Positions 22,562 through 24,809 of a DNA stretch of 24,809 nt are shown here, in pieces. The DNA comes from Tubiluchus corallicola (lineage: Eukaryota; Animalia; Priapulida). Made by a program: the position numbers and the translations under genes. The notes beneath the pieces were generated by a model. That model searched no databases. It worked only from the letters and a program-made list of their open reading frames with translations, and had not been told where the DNA came from. The stretch is from contig JAQGDQ010001807.1 of the NCBI GenBank assembly GCA_030141605.1, forward strand, positions 1 to 24,809. The letters are read 5' to 3'. Within the stretch, counting starts at the first letter, position 1; each line of letters opens with the position of its first letter.

Positions 22562-23606
22562 ATGAAACCTGGGGAAGATAAGGAAAAGACAAATCTGTGT
22601 TGGAATTATAGGTATGATGGTGAATGCAAATATGGTAGTAGGTGCAGATACAGACATTTTTTAACGATGATGAAAAGAGGTACCTAAGAATACAAGAACT
22701 AGAAGTACAGCAGACAACCTAGAAGCTAATAAAAATGAACAAAAGACACAAAATGAAAGTCTGGTTGAGCAGATTAGTTTTTTAATGAGGGAAATAAATG
22801 CAATAAAAGAAAACCTGTGGAATTAGGAAAAAAATTAAAAGTAAAAAGATCTCAGAAAAAGAAAAAGAGATTTAAAAATTTTAATGTAGTGTATACAAAT
22901 TACCGAGGACTAAATAATAAGTTAGAGTCATTGTATGGAGTGATAAGGGAAAAAAAGTCTAGTGTAATAGGAATTGTTGAAACCCATTTGGGGGAAGAAG
23001 AATTAGTGAAAATTGAGGGTTATAAAGTGTTCCACCTGAATAGAAATAAGTATAGAGGAGGGATATTATTGGCAATTAATAATGACTTAAAAAATGTAAC
23101 AATAAAGGCTGACCAGTATAATGAAGTAGGAGAACAATTATGGGTTGTAATGGATAATTCAAAGGTAAGATTGAGAGTAGGATTATTGTATGCACCTCAG
23201 GAAAGTAGGACAGATAAAGAAGAAATGAAGAAAATGTGTGAACAAATACGAAAGCAAGTACAAAAAGCAAAAAATGAAAACCAGAAGTGCTTGCTTATAG
23301 GTGACTTCAATGCAAAAGTACGAAGTTTTGATAAGTTGTGGTTGAAGGATGCATTGACAGAAGGGCATATCACCAGGAGAAATTTTTATGATATATAAAC
23401 AAAATGAAATTGCAGAAATAGTCATAGAAACACCATTAGGTAAAACAGACCAGATAGAAATAAATGAAATAGTTCGACAGGAAACAGTGCTGGGACCATT
23501 ACTATGTTGTGCTGCAATAAACCGAATTAATGAGATGGTGATAACAGGGACTGTAATGGGCAGGAATAAACATGTGGGTATGCTATTATTCATTGATGAC
23601 ATTGTG
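22562..23606 (+). mobile_element. Second LINE family, internally deleted: ORF1 remnant with CCCH finger, APE 5' part fused to an RT fragment
   Basis: CWNYRYDGECKYGSRCRYRH at 22598-22657. APE motifs YTNYRGL, GIVETHL, YAPQE and IGDFNAKV are joined directly to SFDKLWLKD, followed by VRQETVLGPLL and LLFIDDIV, where the element is cut. Clade uncertain (RTE-X/Proto2/L2-like). Confidence 0.85.
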
Positions 23607-23715
23607 TAATATAATATATGCTCTATAATCACAGATAATGATCAAAAAATTAGATTTGGATAGAATAACGACAACTAAAAAGGAAAGAAAATAAAAGTTT
23701 TAACTGTCCTTTCCT
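23603..23715 (-). repeat. Right arm of the ~110-bp inverted repeat
   Basis: Reverse complement of 19060-19179. Confidence 0.9.
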
Positions 23716-24809
23716 GACTTGTTAATGGCTGATAATATAGAGTCCATCTCGCTGTGAAAATTATGGACATTGGTATTTGGGTGTCGATAGATCACACCAA
23801 ATGTGATTGGTTTCTTTTTACCAGGTACTTCAACATCAAGCCACATATCCTCAACTTGTATATGTGATTTTTGAGTAATGCTATTACCATTCTTACTTGT
23901 AGTTACTATTTCTGTATTACAATTAATTTTGTACTCATCTTTTACTGTATACCTCAAACCCGATTTAAGATATATAGCTACGCCACCAGCGCAAGTATTA
24001 GAATCAACATGCAACAAAGTATAGTTAGGTAAACTCATTATAAAAAGATTAAGTTCGTTCAATCTTGTTTCCGATATTCCAATAATATCGGGAGGAACAG
24101 TAAAATGCATGAGTACTTCTAGCATATTAGAAAACCTCTTCTGAATACTATTGAGATTAAAATGTACTATTAATATTATGAAGATAATATAATTATAGCT
24201 TATTAGAATTATGAAGATAATATATTATAATTGTATTTATGAAGACTAATTAGCTTAGCCATTGCCACCATTAGTTCGTAAGTTGAACTCCCGAAGTAAA
24301 CTTGTCTCTTAAGGCGACATAAGAGGGTATGCATGTGACGTGTTCTTATCTGTGGCTAACATTTTAATGTTTGGTCTTACTAAGATTTCCCTTATTATTT
24401 AAGCGGGCTCACCACGAGGTAGAAGTTACGTAATGTGGGATTTGCTTTGTTCAAATGGTTATCTAAACTGATGCTCATTTAATAAACGTTTGTTTTAGTA
24501 TTCACTAACTTATCAACTGTTGTGGCTGTATCTTGCAAACGTTACAATGCATACCTGAGTTCTTGTAAGCAATGTAAAGGTACCTCACCAAACATTGTCC
24601 ATTCATACAGTGACAAACCTCAGTGGTGGCACTATCCCAAATGGTAGAGTCCAGCATCGAAAAATGGCAAAAGAGAGCATGTGGCAGGCTCTGTCAAGAC
24701 TGGCTTAACATGAATCACTGCTCAAAACCAACACATATTAGTCCATGCTTCAACGATCACCAAGCTGTAGCTCTACCATAAGCTTGTAACAGTAGCCAAC
24801 AGATGGCAG
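23709..24809. repeat. Direct duplication of ~17788-18885 (LINE APE 5' part plus upstream flank), running off the window end
   Basis: Near-identical at an offset of about 5921-5924 bp; the 141-aa ORF at 23700-24125 is the APE segment also seen at 17856-18116. Confidence 0.95.

Overview
This is AT-rich eukaryotic (animal, probably invertebrate) genomic DNA, not prokaryotic; most ORFs in the track are exon fragments, decayed transposons or by-products of tandem repeats. The main gene is the 5' part of a LIN9 (DREAM/MuvB subunit) homologue on the minus strand. I reconstructed five phase-compatible GT-AG exons between 14059 and 7286 that include the DIRP-region motifs; the rest of the gene must lie left of the window. 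Its introns hold a near-identical 4649-bp-period duplication with a 45-bp higher-order minisatellite, several MITE remnants, an RTE-type LINE 3' end and 30-, 43-, 46- and ~65-bp tandem arrays. Two of these arrays copy the donor and acceptor of intron 3. Upstream of LIN9 are a decayed CR1/L2-group LINE and a ~23-finger C2H2 array with minisatellite-like DNA, variable contact residues and two in-frame stops. Further right are a Tc1/mariner-type MITE, an internally deleted second LINE with a CCCH finger in its ORF1 remnant, a ~110-bp inverted repeat pair and a recent duplication of 17.8-18.9 kb. I cannot claim a clearly new biological system; the splice-site-copying minisatellites and the zinc-finger cassette are the best leads.
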